From an uncultured delta proteobacterium (GTDB lineage Bacteria > Myxococcota_A > Polyangia > Polyangiales > B10-G4), in NCBI GenBank assembly GCA_963727445.1, contig CAVSGI010000015.1, forward strand, positions 32,001 through 96,000: DNA of 64,000 bases. Direction: 5' to 3'. Positions 40,103-49,396 of this stretch are shown here, piece by piece. A model generated the notes under the pieces. The model saw nothing but the letters and a program-made list of their open reading frames with translations. It made no database searches and had not been told where the DNA came from. The position numbers and the translations under genes were made by a program. The first letter of the stretch is position 1; the number at the start of each line of letters is the position of its first letter.

Positions 40103-40128
40103 CCGCGCGCCGGATGAGTTCCCGCGCC

Positions 40129-40407
40129 TCAGTCGTAGCCGGGGCAGCTCGCGGAACAGGTGCCGTAGGCGACCTCACCCTCTTCCGGGTAGCAGCAGAC
40201 GAGCCCGCCGCGGCAGGTGTAGCGCTCGGCGCCCCCATAATCGCAGTCCTGGCCTGCCTCTGCGGTGCCACCGGTTTCCTCCTCCTGCGTGGGGGCGACC
40301 GGCGCCGTGCTCTGGGTGGTGGTCTGACTTCCTCCTTCGGAGGATGCGGAGCCCCCGCCGCAGGCCACGAGACCGAGGACGGAAGCAAGAGCGATCACGA
40401 ATCTCAT
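40129..40407 (-). CDS. Small Cys-rich lipoprotein (92 aa)
   Basis: MRFVIALASVLGLVAC; C-terminal six-Cys domain with CC. Confidence 0.75.
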   Translation of the reverse strand: MRFVIALASVLGLVACGGGSASSEGGSQTTTQSTAPVAPTQEEETGGTAEAGQDCDYGGAERYTCRGGLVCCYPEEGEVAYGTCSASCPGYD

Positions 40408-40432
40408 GGCTGCGAGTGTATCCTCCCTGACG

Positions 40433-42691
40433 ATGCGTTGGGGCCTTTGCTTGCTCGTCGGGCTCGCCTCCACCCTGTTCTTCGCCGGTTGCGGGCCCGG
40501 GGAAGCGGTGGAGATCAGCGGGGTCGTGCGCGATGGGCGCAGCGGGCAGGCGCTTTCGGGGGCCGAGGTGCGCGCCTCCGGCGGGGGCCAGACGACCGCG
40601 GACGAGGATGGGCATTTCACGGTGCGGATCACCTCGGGCTCGGATCGGGTGATCCGGGCGGTGGCTCCCGGCCGATGCCCCGGGGAGACGGAGCTCGACG
40701 TGGACGAGTCGGGCAACGACGAGGTCACGGTCAACCTCTTCCCGCGCCTCGAGCTCGACGACTCGTACCTGGCGGTGGGCTTCGGCCGGGAGGTGGTCAT
40801 CGAAGCGCGCACGCGCTGCGACGACGACGAGAACCTGCGCTGGACCCAGATCTCGGGGCCGCCCCTCGAGGGCGACGCGCTACAGATCAGCGACGGTGGA
40901 AGGCGCGTCGTGCTGAAGACGCCGCGCCTCGAGGACATGGTCGAGCTCGACCCTCGGGTGTCGGTGGTGTCGCTGTCTCGCGCGCAGCGGGCGGACTTTC
41001 GGCTCCGGATGGAGACCAGCCTCGCCGGACGCCGTGAGGAGCGAACTGTGCGGGTGACGGCGGCCGCGCCGACGGCGGGCACCTATCAGGTGCCGACGGG
41101 CATCGACACCTACTTCAACGGGGGCGAAGGCGAGAGCCACCGCTGGTCGCTGCTCTCGAAGCCGGAGGACAGCGAGGCCGAGCTGATGGATGCGGAGACG
41201 CGGACGCCGCACCTCAGGCCCGATCGATTCGGGCAGTACATGATCCGCCACGAGACGTCGGGGCTCGAGATCAACGTGCAGGCCGGCGCTTTCGACGACG
41301 TGCCGCGGGATTGCGGCCGGAGCGGATGCCATCAGGCCGAAGACGAAGGCTGGAAGACGACGGTCCACGCGAGCACCTTTCGGCGCGGTCTCGAGGGAGA
41401 GCTGGGCGCGGCCTTCGACGAGCGTTGCTGGGCCTGCCACGCGACGGGCGTGGACTTCGGGATGCACGACGGCGGCTTTCACGAGACGGCGGCGAGCCTC
41501 GGCTGGCAGGCGCCCGAGCCTCATCCCGGCGCGTGGGAGGAGGCGCCGCCTCGAATCCGTCGCATCGCGTCCGTGTGGTGCTCGGCCTGTCACGGGCCTG
41601 GACGCATCCTGCCGCCGCAGTTCCACTGGGAGTACCAGGCGAAGTTCGCCGCCGGCGTCTGCGCGCAGTGCCACGACGCGGTGAACGACCCCGACGCCGC
41701 GGTGACCTCGTGGCAGTACCGCGAGTGGACGGTGGCCGCGATGGCCTCCTTCGTGGGCGGAGGAGACGAACCGGGGCCGGCGGCGCGGGCCGGCTGCGCG
41801 CGCTGTCACAGCGCCCAGGGCTTCGTGGCGTCGATGGACGGCCACGAGCTCACCCCCGAAGCGAGCACCGTTCACGCCATCACCTGCGCCACCTGCCACG
41901 ACCCGCATGACGGCACGAACCCCCACGCGCTGCGCATTCACGACGAAGTCGAGGTGTCCGGCAAGATGACGCGCGGGCTCGGGACGGGCGCGATCTGCGC
42001 GTCCTGTCATCAGGCGGGAGCCCCCGACGACGAGCGCCCCTCGGCTGCGCCACACGCACCCCAGACGGACGTGCTGTTGGGGCGGGGCTCGCTCCTGCTC
42101 CGCGCGCCGCGCACCGGACCGCACGCCCAGCTCGCCGGCGCCTGCGTCGCCTGCCACATGGCGGAGCCCGACGAAGAGCTCCGGGGCCGCGCGGGCGGTC
42201 ATACCTTCTCGGTGCGGGACCTCGGCTCCTCGAGCCGCATCCTGGCGGGACCGACCTGCAGCGCGTGCCACGGGGCGCAGGTCCCACCCCAGGCGATCGG
42301 CGACATCCGCGACTGGGACGGCGACGGAGTCAGCGACAACATCGGCCGGGAGTTCGATCGCGCCCTCGCCGCCGCCAAGGCCGAGCTCGCGACACGCATC
42401 GCGTATGCGCGCGTGCACGACGAGTGCGCGGGCGAACGGCTCGGGGAGAACTACGTGGAGTACGACGCGCAGCTGCTGCTGGTGGATCGCGGCGGCCATC
42501 TGCTCGGGGATTGCGACGGGGACGGCTCCTTCGGCGAGGGGGAAGAGGCCGTGGGCGTCGGCCAGCTGAGCCGTGAGCTCCGCAAGGTCGTGTGGGACGT
42601 CGCCATGCTCGAAAAGGACGGATCGCGGGGACGCCACAACCCGGCTTTCACCTTCGACATCCTCGGCGCCGTCCGCCGCAACCTCCGCTGA
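40433..42691 (+). CDS. Multiheme c-type cytochrome lipoprotein
   Basis: FAGC lipobox; eight CxxCH plus one CxxxxCH; N-terminal beta-sandwich domains. Confidence 0.88.
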   Translation: MRWGLCLLVGLASTLFFAGCGPGEAVEISGVVRDGRSGQALSGAEVRASGGGQTTADEDGHFTVRITSGSDRVIRAVAPGRCPGETELDVDESGNDEVTVNLFPRLELDDSYLAVGFGREVVIEARTRCDDDENLRWTQISGPPLEGDALQISDGGRRVVLKTPRLEDMVELDPRVSVVSLSRAQRADFRLRMETSLAGRREERTVRVTAAAPTAGTYQVPTGIDTYFNGGEGESHRWSLLSKPEDSEAELMDAETRTPHLRPDRFGQYMIRHETSGLEINVQAGAFDDVPRDCGRSGCHQAEDEGWKTTVHASTFRRGLEGELGAAFDERCWACHATGVDFGMHDGGFHETAASLGWQAPEPHPGAWEEAPPRIRRIASVWCSACHGPGRILPPQFHWEYQAKFAAGVCAQCHDAVNDPDAAVTSWQYREWTVAAMASFVGGGDEPGPAARAGCARCHSAQGFVASMDGHELTPEASTVHAITCATCHDPHDGTNPHALRIHDEVEVSGKMTRGLGTGAICASCHQAGAPDDERPSAAPHAPQTDVLLGRGSLLLRAPRTGPHAQLAGACVACHMAEPDEELRGRAGGHTFSVRDLGSSSRILAGPTCSACHGAQVPPQAIGDIRDWDGDGVSDNIGREFDRALAAAKAELATRIAYARVHDECAGERLGENYVEYDAQLLLVDRGGHLLGDCDGDGSFGEGEEAVGVGQLSRELRKVVWDVAMLEKDGSRGRHNPAFTFDILGAVRRNLR

Positions 42692-42738
42692 CGGGCCGAG
42701 GGCTGGTTGTGTTAGCCTCGACGGCCCAAGGAGGGGCG

Positions 42739-43137
42739 ATGATGATGAAGGCCACGACGCTGCTGCTCACGCTGACCGCGGCGCTGACGATTCTCGCAGG
42801 TTGCGGACCCGATCCCGTGCAGCGTTCCGAGAGCGGAACGCTCGAGGCCGGCGACAACACCCACCCCAACGACGGCTCGTTCTACGACGAGTACACGTTC
42901 CGCGCGAAGCAGGGGTGGCGCATCACCCTCACCATGACCTCGCCTGGGTTCCAGCCGTACCTCCAGCTGCGAATGAAGGACAAGGGCGACGAAGGCCTGG
43001 TCGAGCAGCCCGGCGCCAACGGCACCGCGGTGCTCAACACCACCGCTCCTGAGACCACCGAGTACGTGATCTGGGCGAACTCGAACACCGCGGGCGAGAC
43101 AGGGCCTTACACGTTGTTGATCTCCGCCCAGCCTTGA
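42739..43137 (+). CDS. Small lipoprotein with PPC-like (pre-peptidase C-terminal) domain
   Basis: AGGAGG RBS; LAGC; DEYTF...ITLTMTS..FQPYLQL...GPYTL. Confidence 0.78.
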   Translation: MMMKATTLLLTLTAALTILAGCGPDPVQRSESGTLEAGDNTHPNDGSFYDEYTFRAKQGWRITLTMTSPGFQPYLQLRMKDKGDEGLVEQPGANGTAVLNTTAPETTEYVIWANSNTAGETGPYTLLISAQP

Positions 43138-43153
43138 ACGGCAAGAGCGGAGC

Positions 43154-43810
43154 TCAACTGCACCCGTCGAAGCTCACGTTGGCGCTGTAGGTGCCGCCCT
43201 CCGGCGTGTTGCATTCGAGGCTCACGTGGCCTTCGCGCACGCGGATGTTGTTGATCGTGGTGTTGGTGTTGTGGACGTCGATCTCCACCTTCGAGCAGGT
43301 CGAGGTGTCGAGCGGGCGGACCACGCAATCGAAGTCGTTCTGACACTCGATCGGGCTCTCGATGTAGACGTCCCACTGGTTGAGCTGGTTCTTCACCAGC
43401 TTGATGCCGCCGCGCCATCCGTCGTGGCCATTCGCGGACTGCAGCTCGGGCGCCACCCAGACGCCGAAGAAGTCCTCGTGCGCGCCCGAGTAACAGCTCG
43501 TCGGGTTGAGCGTGTAGTCGCCGTGGGGCGCGCCCGTGGAGCGGATCGTCCCCTCCGCGCTCCCGTTGCAGCCCCCACCTCCGCCGCTGAGGGCCATGAT
43601 GCCCAAGGGGAGGATGGCCATGGCGATGACCAGAAAGAGCACACCCTTGGGACTCGACTTCTTGGGCGCCTTCTTGGGCGCCGCCGTGGGCGCGGAGGTA
43701 TCGACCGCGCGGGCGCCGAGGGGCGTCGCACACCCGCCGCAGAACTTGTCGGTGTCATCGTTCTGATGACCGCAGTTGGGACAGATCACCGTGGACATGG
43801 GCCACATCAT
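43154..43810 (-). CDS. Zinc-ribbon membrane protein
   Basis: CPNCG...FCGGC, one TM helix, Cys-containing exported domain. Confidence 0.75.
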   Translation of the reverse strand: MMWPMSTVICPNCGHQNDDTDKFCGGCATPLGARAVDTSAPTAAPKKAPKKSSPKGVLFLVIAMAILPLGIMALSGGGGGCNGSAEGTIRSTGAPHGDYTLNPTSCYSGAHEDFFGVWVAPELQSANGHDGWRGGIKLVKNQLNQWDVYIESPIECQNDFDCVVRPLDTSTCSKVEIDVHNTNTTINNIRVREGHVSLECNTPEGGTYSANVSFDGCS

Positions 43811-43863
43811 CCTACCAACGTCCCGCTTGCCGGATCCTGAAAGTCCGTTTAGTCTTTCGCCCC

Positions 43864-44475
43864 GTGATCGGGCGTCTTCACGGGGAAGTGGTCGACCACA
43901 ACCTCGACGGCTCGGTGGTCGTGGACGTGGGCGGCGTGGGGTACGAGGTTTTCGTGCCCCTGGGCCACCTCGCGCGCCTCCCCCAGCCGCCGCAGAAGGT
44001 CACGCTCCACGTCCACACCCACGTGCGCGAAGAGGCGCTGACCCTCTTCGGCTTCGCCTCCACCACGGATCGCGAGGCCTTTCGCACGGTGCTCGGCGTG
44101 AGCGGCGTCGGGCCGAAGCTGGCCCTGTCGATCCTCGGCGCCTTCGGCGCGCGCGAGCTCGCCGAGGTGATCGCCCGTCAGGATCGCGCCGCCTTCAAGA
44201 ACGTCCACGGCGTCGGCAAGAAGACCGCCGAGCGCCTGCTCCTCGAGCTCAAGGACAAGCTCGGCGCCCTCTTTGCGGATCTGCCCGCGACCTCTCGACC
44301 CGATGCGCAACCGGCGGCGCCCGAGCCCACCGGTCCGCTGGCGGTGGTCGCGGGCGCGCTGGTGCAGATGGGCTATCGGCCGTCGGAGGCCAAGACCGCG
44401 GTCGCGGCCATCGGCGAGCCGAAGGGGCGCGAGGTGAGTGAGCTCCTGCGCGATGCGCTGGGGCAGATGGGCTGA
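43864..44475 (+). CDS. ruvA: Holliday junction branch migration protein RuvA
   Basis: MIGRLHG, GGVGYEV, VREEALTLFGF, GVGPKLA, GVGKKTAERL. Confidence 0.96.
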   Translation: MIGRLHGEVVDHNLDGSVVVDVGGVGYEVFVPLGHLARLPQPPQKVTLHVHTHVREEALTLFGFASTTDREAFRTVLGVSGVGPKLALSILGAFGARELAEVIARQDRAAFKNVHGVGKKTAERLLLELKDKLGALFADLPATSRPDAQPAAPEPTGPLAVVAGALVQMGYRPSEAKTAVAAIGEPKGREVSELLRDALGQMG

Positions 44476-44478
44476 GGC

Positions 44479-45510
44479 ATGACGACGAACGAAGCCACGC
44501 TCCGCGAGATCGGACCGGACGAACAGGATGAGGATCGCACCTACGAGATCTCCCTGCGCCCGTCGCGCTTCGAGGACTTCGTCGGCCAGGACAAGATCAA
44601 GGACAACCTGAAGGTCTTCGTCGCGGCCGCCAACAAGCGCGGCGATCCCCTCGACCACGTCCTCTTCCACGGCCCACCCGGCCTGGGGAAGACGACCCTC
44701 TCCTTCATCCTCGCCGAAGAGCTCGGCGCCGGGCTGACCCTCGCGTCGGGTCCGGCGATCGAGCACAAGGGCCAGCTGGCATCCCTGCTCACGAAGCTCG
44801 AGCCGCGGGACGTGCTCTTCATCGACGAGATCCACCGGCTCACGCCCGTGGTGGAAGAGACCCTCTACACCGCCATCGAGGACTTCCGCATCGAGGTGGT
44901 GCACGGCGACGGCCCCTACGCGGCGTCGATCCAGGTGCCCCTCCACCCCTTCACGCTGGTCGGCGCCACCACCCGCACCGGCCTGCTGACGAGCCCCATG
45001 CTCTCGCGCTTCGGTTACGAGGCGCGCCTCGACTACTACGGCGCGCCGGAGCTCGCGCGCATCGTGAGGCGCAGCGCCGGGCTCCTCGGCGTGAGCATCA
45101 CCGACGACGGCGCCCTCGAGATCGCGACCCGCGCCCGGGGCACGCCGCGCATCGCGAACCGCCTCTTGCGCCGGTCTCGCGACTTCGCGGAGGTGCTCGG
45201 TGACGGCACCCTCAGCTGCGACGCGGCGCGCGACGCACTCGATCGATTGGATGTGGACGGACGCGGCCTCGACCTCATGGACCGGCGCCTGCTCCAGGTG
45301 ATCATCGACGTCTACAAAGGGGGACCGGTCGGCATCGAAGCGCTCGCCGCCGCGCTCTCCGAGCCCCGCGACACCCTCGAGGACGTCTACGAGCCCTACC
45401 TGATCCAGCAGGGCTTCCTCGCGCGCACCGCCCGCGGCCGCGTCGCGACCGACCTGGCCTTCGAGCACCTGGGCCTCGAGCGCCCCGCCGGGCAGCGCCA
45501 GCTGTTCTGA
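44479..45510 (+). CDS. ruvB: Holliday junction helicase RuvB
   Basis: [40 protein letters not shown]. Confidence 0.98.
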   Translation: MTTNEATLREIGPDEQDEDRTYEISLRPSRFEDFVGQDKIKDNLKVFVAAANKRGDPLDHVLFHGPPGLGKTTLSFILAEELGAGLTLASGPAIEHKGQLASLLTKLEPRDVLFIDEIHRLTPVVEETLYTAIEDFRIEVVHGDGPYAASIQVPLHPFTLVGATTRTGLLTSPMLSRFGYEARLDYYGAPELARIVRRSAGLLGVSITDDGALEIATRARGTPRIANRLLRRSRDFAEVLGDGTLSCDAARDALDRLDVDGRGLDLMDRRLLQVIIDVYKGGPVGIEALAAALSEPRDTLEDVYEPYLIQQGFLARTARGRVATDLAFEHLGLERPAGQRQLF

Positions 45511-45590
45511 GAAGGCTCGCGCGGCCGGAGCACGGGACGCGCGAGCCTTCAGTGCGCGCCCGCCCGCCCCCGATGCGCTACACTCGATTC

Positions 45591-46328
45591 ATGGGCGGGT
45601 TGTTGGTGCCCGACGCGGAGACACGGAGCTTCGTCTTCGCTTCGTTCGACTGGCTCCTCTCGGGCAACGGGGGCCTGAGCCGCTTCATCGAGCAGACGGA
45701 GCTCGTCACTCCGACCCTCCACGACTTCCCGGTCGATCTGGATCTCGAGGGGCGAGAGCTCGCGCTCGACTACTTCGCCTTCGTGCGCGAGCACGCACGC
45801 ATCGACGAGAAGCTCCGCTTCCGGCTCACGCCCGGGCGACAGCTCTTGGTGAAGCGCGGGGGAAACGACGATCAGCCTCTGCCCATCGGCTACGCCGAAG
45901 AAGCCGAGGACGATCCCGAGCTGCTCATCGCCTTCGTGAGCCGCGGTCTCCATCACTACGCCATCCAGAGCCATCCGCGCTCACCGCCGGGTGGCTGGTC
46001 GCTGATCGGCGCCGCCGCCGAGCTGGCCGCCGTCTTCGCCGGTTTTGGAATCTTCCTCACCAACACCGCCTTCGCCTTTCCCGACGAGGCCAGCCTCGTG
46101 CGCTGGGCGCCGCGACAGCGCTGGGTCCTGCACGAGCGGGCGCTCGCCTACGCCCTGGCGGTCTTCGGTTGGGTGAAGGAGATCCCGGACCTCCACATCA
46201 TCAGCTACCTCCGCCCCAACCCGCAGGCTTTCTATCGCGCTGCGGTGCGCGATCTGCGCCGGCGCGGCTCCGAGCTCTCGGAGCTCCGAGGCACGCTCAG
46301 GCTGCCTCCCCGGGGCCCTTATCGCTGA
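45591..46328 (+). CDS. Hypothetical protein, possibly a degenerate zincin fold
   Basis: Coding-like ORF; TACACT box 6 nt before ATG 45591; LIAFVSRGLHHY and ELAAVFAGFGIFL. Confidence 0.6.
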   Translation: MGGLLVPDAETRSFVFASFDWLLSGNGGLSRFIEQTELVTPTLHDFPVDLDLEGRELALDYFAFVREHARIDEKLRFRLTPGRQLLVKRGGNDDQPLPIGYAEEAEDDPELLIAFVSRGLHHYAIQSHPRSPPGGWSLIGAAAELAAVFAGFGIFLTNTAFAFPDEASLVRWAPRQRWVLHERALAYALAVFGWVKEIPDLHIISYLRPNPQAFYRAAVRDLRRRGSELSELRGTLRLPPRGPYR

Positions 46329-46370
46329 AGAAGTCCCAACGACGGCCCATGGCGTTCTAAGATTCGCCCC

Positions 46371-47972
46371 ATGCGGGTATCGGAGCGTCCCTCGACTCTC
46401 ACGTCTCCCGGCAGTGAGCCTCGCGACGTCTATGCGAATTTGCTGCGGGACACCCGTGGGCTCCGTCGCGAGCACGCGACGGCGCGTGAGGCCTGGTTCG
46501 CGTCGCTGCCCTGGGACGAAAAGGAGGACGACCTCTTCGAGCTCGAGATGCTCCTCAAGGGCATCGCTTGCTACGGCAACCCGCGCAACCATCCCGGCAA
46601 GAAGCGACAGGTGGCCGAGCTGGGTCAGGACTTCAGCCGGGACCTGCGCACCATCCGCCGCACCGTCGACCGCACGGTAACCGTCGTGCGCCGCCTGCTC
46701 GGCGAGCGCGACCGCGTCTTCAACTTCTCGCAGTACCTCGAGTCGCTCCTTCCGGAGGACGCCGAGCGCGGACAGCTGGTCAAGGAGCAGCTCGCCCAGG
46801 ACACGCCGATCGAAGCGCTCTGGGTGCTGCGCAATGCCTTCAGCGGTTACGTCGCCGTGATGGACGGCCTGCTCCGCTCGGGCCGCATCTCGCATCGCAT
46901 CTATCACGGGATGCACGGCACGCTCACCCGCGAGATCGGGCGCAACACCTTCTTCAACCCGCTGGTCTCTCTCGAGTTCCGCACCGAGTTCGATCGCATC
47001 CAGGCCGCCGAGGTACTCGAAGCGCTCTCGTCGGTGTCGAGCGATGCGTCCCATCGCGTCACCGCGCTCGCCTTCCTGACCATCTTCCGCGCGCTCCGTT
47101 ACCTGGACCTCGTCGATCAATACGCGGCCGATCCGGAGACGCTGCCGCTCTGCCCGGTGATCCTCTCGGTCTTCCGAAGCGACCTGCGCGTCTTGACGCG
47201 CTACCTGGTCCGCACCGCCGCCGACGCCATGGCCGACGGGCTCGAGCGCGAGCTCCTGCTCGTGGACGCGTCGGAGGTGCGCGATCACTACGACACGCTC
47301 GCGGCGATCATGGGGAGCCTGCTCTCCCTCCGGCACAGCCTGGAGAGCACCGGACAGACGCTGCACCTCGAGATCCGCCGGGTCTTTCGCCTCGATCTCC
47401 CGAGCCCCGACGCGGACATCCCCGCCTCCGACCTCGCCGCGCAGACGGTGATCGCCACCGCGACGCTTCGGGCCGCCCTGCACCACGCCGTCCACGGGCT
47501 CTGCCGCGAGCTCGCGCCATCCGCGGTGCTGCCCTCCCTCGCGAGCACCGAAGCGAGCAAGCGCGCCGCGAGCGAGCGGCTCCGCCGAGAGGTCTGGATG
47601 TTCACTCAAGTGCTGCGCGCTTTCCTCGCGAAGGCGAATCAACCCGAGGGCAACCCCAACCGGTGGACAGCCACCACCAGCTTCCACTTCGTCGGCGAGT
47701 TCCTCCGTCACTTCCGGGCGATCGGCTATCAGCTCCTTCGGGTGAGCGACTACGAGCGCCTCGACCACTTCATGGCGGCCCTCGACCGCCTGCGCGACGT
47801 CGACTTTCTCGAAGAGGACGATCGCATCGCCGCCATCGCGGAGTGCACGGCCTTCTTCGAGTACATGGATCAGCTCTTCGCGCAGGTGAGCCGCCGCGCG
47901 GAGCTCAAGGACGTCCCCTTCGACAAGCGCGCTGCGACCGAGACGCTGCGCCTCTACCTCGGCGCGGCCTGA
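46371..47972 (+). CDS. Hypothetical all-helical cytoplasmic protein (533 aa)
   Basis: Long ORF with normal composition and amphipathic helices; no motif recognised. Confidence 0.8.
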   Translation: MRVSERPSTLTSPGSEPRDVYANLLRDTRGLRREHATAREAWFASLPWDEKEDDLFELEMLLKGIACYGNPRNHPGKKRQVAELGQDFSRDLRTIRRTVDRTVTVVRRLLGERDRVFNFSQYLESLLPEDAERGQLVKEQLAQDTPIEALWVLRNAFSGYVAVMDGLLRSGRISHRIYHGMHGTLTREIGRNTFFNPLVSLEFRTEFDRIQAAEVLEALSSVSSDASHRVTALAFLTIFRALRYLDLVDQYAADPETLPLCPVILSVFRSDLRVLTRYLVRTAADAMADGLERELLLVDASEVRDHYDTLAAIMGSLLSLRHSLESTGQTLHLEIRRVFRLDLPSPDADIPASDLAAQTVIATATLRAALHHAVHGLCRELAPSAVLPSLASTEASKRAASERLRREVWMFTQVLRAFLAKANQPEGNPNRWTATTSFHFVGEFLRHFRAIGYQLLRVSDYERLDHFMAALDRLRDVDFLEEDDRIAAIAECTAFFEYMDQLFAQVSRRAELKDVPFDKRAATETLRLYLGAA

Positions 47973-47974
47973 GC

Positions 47975-49396
47975 TCAGCTCGGCGGGCGCATCGAACGCC
48001 CATCGCTGGTGAATACCGAGCGAAGGAGCGCGCGTGCCCCCTTCGGACGCTCCCAACCGACGGGCGCATGCACCATGCGCACCTCGAGGGTCGTCAGGAG
48101 CGACTCGACGGTCGGATCCTCCGACTCACCGAGGAGCAGCGCGACGGTGGACGCCTCGAGGAGCGGTCCCCAGAGCGGGCGGAGCTCGGGCTCGAGCGGC
48201 AGCACCAGGAGCTCCACGTCGGTCCCTTCGAGGCGCAGCACACCGAGATGACCGAGCGCGCCATGCCCCGCCGCGGAGGGTGGACGCGCCGCCGCGACGA
48301 AGCCGTCGATGCGCGACAGGGCGCGCGCGAAGCGGGCGACCTCGCGCGTGGTGGGCGCGAGGATGGGCAGGCGGAACGGACCCTCGAGGCCCGGACGCCG
48401 CAGGCGGCTCGCACCCGCGCGCAGGGCGATCGCCTCGTCGGGGCCGGCGAAGCGGAGACGCTCACCTTCGGGGTCGAAGATGAGGAGCGCGCCCTCCTCG
48501 GCCAGCTCGCGAAGGGCTCCGAGGATCGCGAGGTCGGGCGCCCGAATGCGATCGAGCAGCTCACCGATGGTGCGCGGCTCGTCGAGGCGCTCGACGATGG
48601 CGCCAGCGAGCGGGGATGGATCCGTCGGCGTGACCGAGACGCTCACCAGAGCGCCGAAGCCGGGCAGGACGTCCCTCAGGCGCGCCACCTCGTCGGACTG
48701 ACGCGCGCCTTCCATCAGGAGCTGGTCGGTGTGCGCGTCGATGCGACGCTCTTCGGGGGCGGAGCCGGGATAGAAGACGAAGGTGCCGCTCCGCGTACCG
48801 AGGATCCGGTAGAGGGCCTTTTCACCCGCCACACCGGCGAAGGTCGCGTCCACGATTCGCCCGTCTTCGACCCAGACGCGCCCCTCGGCCTTGCGGGCCG
48901 AGAGCTCGAGTCGTCCCGTGCGGCGGTTGGCGGAGAAGACCTGAAGCAGATCGAAGAGCGCGACCTGCGACAGATCGCCGGAGAGCTCGGGCTCGATGCG
49001 CGGGCCGAAGCGCTTGCGCAGGACGTCGTCGACGCGGGCGGCGACCTCTTCGGCGTTGAAGGGCTTGACGATCGGCTGGGCTCGGGCGTCGATGGCGGCG
49101 AGGCGGCTCGGCTCACCGGTGCCCATGAGGAAGGTCTCGGTGCTGCTGGTGCGGGGATTGTCGCGGAGCACCTCGAGGAAGGTGCGCACGTCGAGGACCG
49201 GCACGTCGCGATCGACGAGCACCACCTCGGCCGCGACCTCCACCGCGCGCGACAGACCCGTGCGACCGTCGGCGGCCAGAACGACGTGGTGCCCGCGCCG
49301 CCTCAGGGCGTTGGAGAGCGAGCCGAGGACGTCGTAGTCCGCGTCCACCACCAGGACCCGGCCTTGAAAGCTCTCCTCTGCGATCGGGGCGGTCAT
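47975..49396 (-). CDS. Receiver + DUF4388 protein with possible degenerate small-GTPase-like C-terminus
   Basis: VLVVDAD, VLVD, VKPF; LSGDLSQVALFDLLQVFSANRRTGRL (DUF4388 pattern). Confidence 0.8.
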   Translation of the reverse strand: MTAPIAEESFQGRVLVVDADYDVLGSLSNALRRRGHHVVLAADGRTGLSRAVEVAAEVVLVDRDVPVLDVRTFLEVLRDNPRTSSTETFLMGTGEPSRLAAIDARAQPIVKPFNAEEVAARVDDVLRKRFGPRIEPELSGDLSQVALFDLLQVFSANRRTGRLELSARKAEGRVWVEDGRIVDATFAGVAGEKALYRILGTRSGTFVFYPGSAPEERRIDAHTDQLLMEGARQSDEVARLRDVLPGFGALVSVSVTPTDPSPLAGAIVERLDEPRTIGELLDRIRAPDLAILGALRELAEEGALLIFDPEGERLRFAGPDEAIALRAGASRLRRPGLEGPFRLPILAPTTREVARFARALSRIDGFVAAARPPSAAGHGALGHLGVLRLEGTDVELLVLPLEPELRPLWGPLLEASTVALLLGESEDPTVESLLTTLEVRMVHAPVGWERPKGARALLRSVFTSDGRSMRPPS

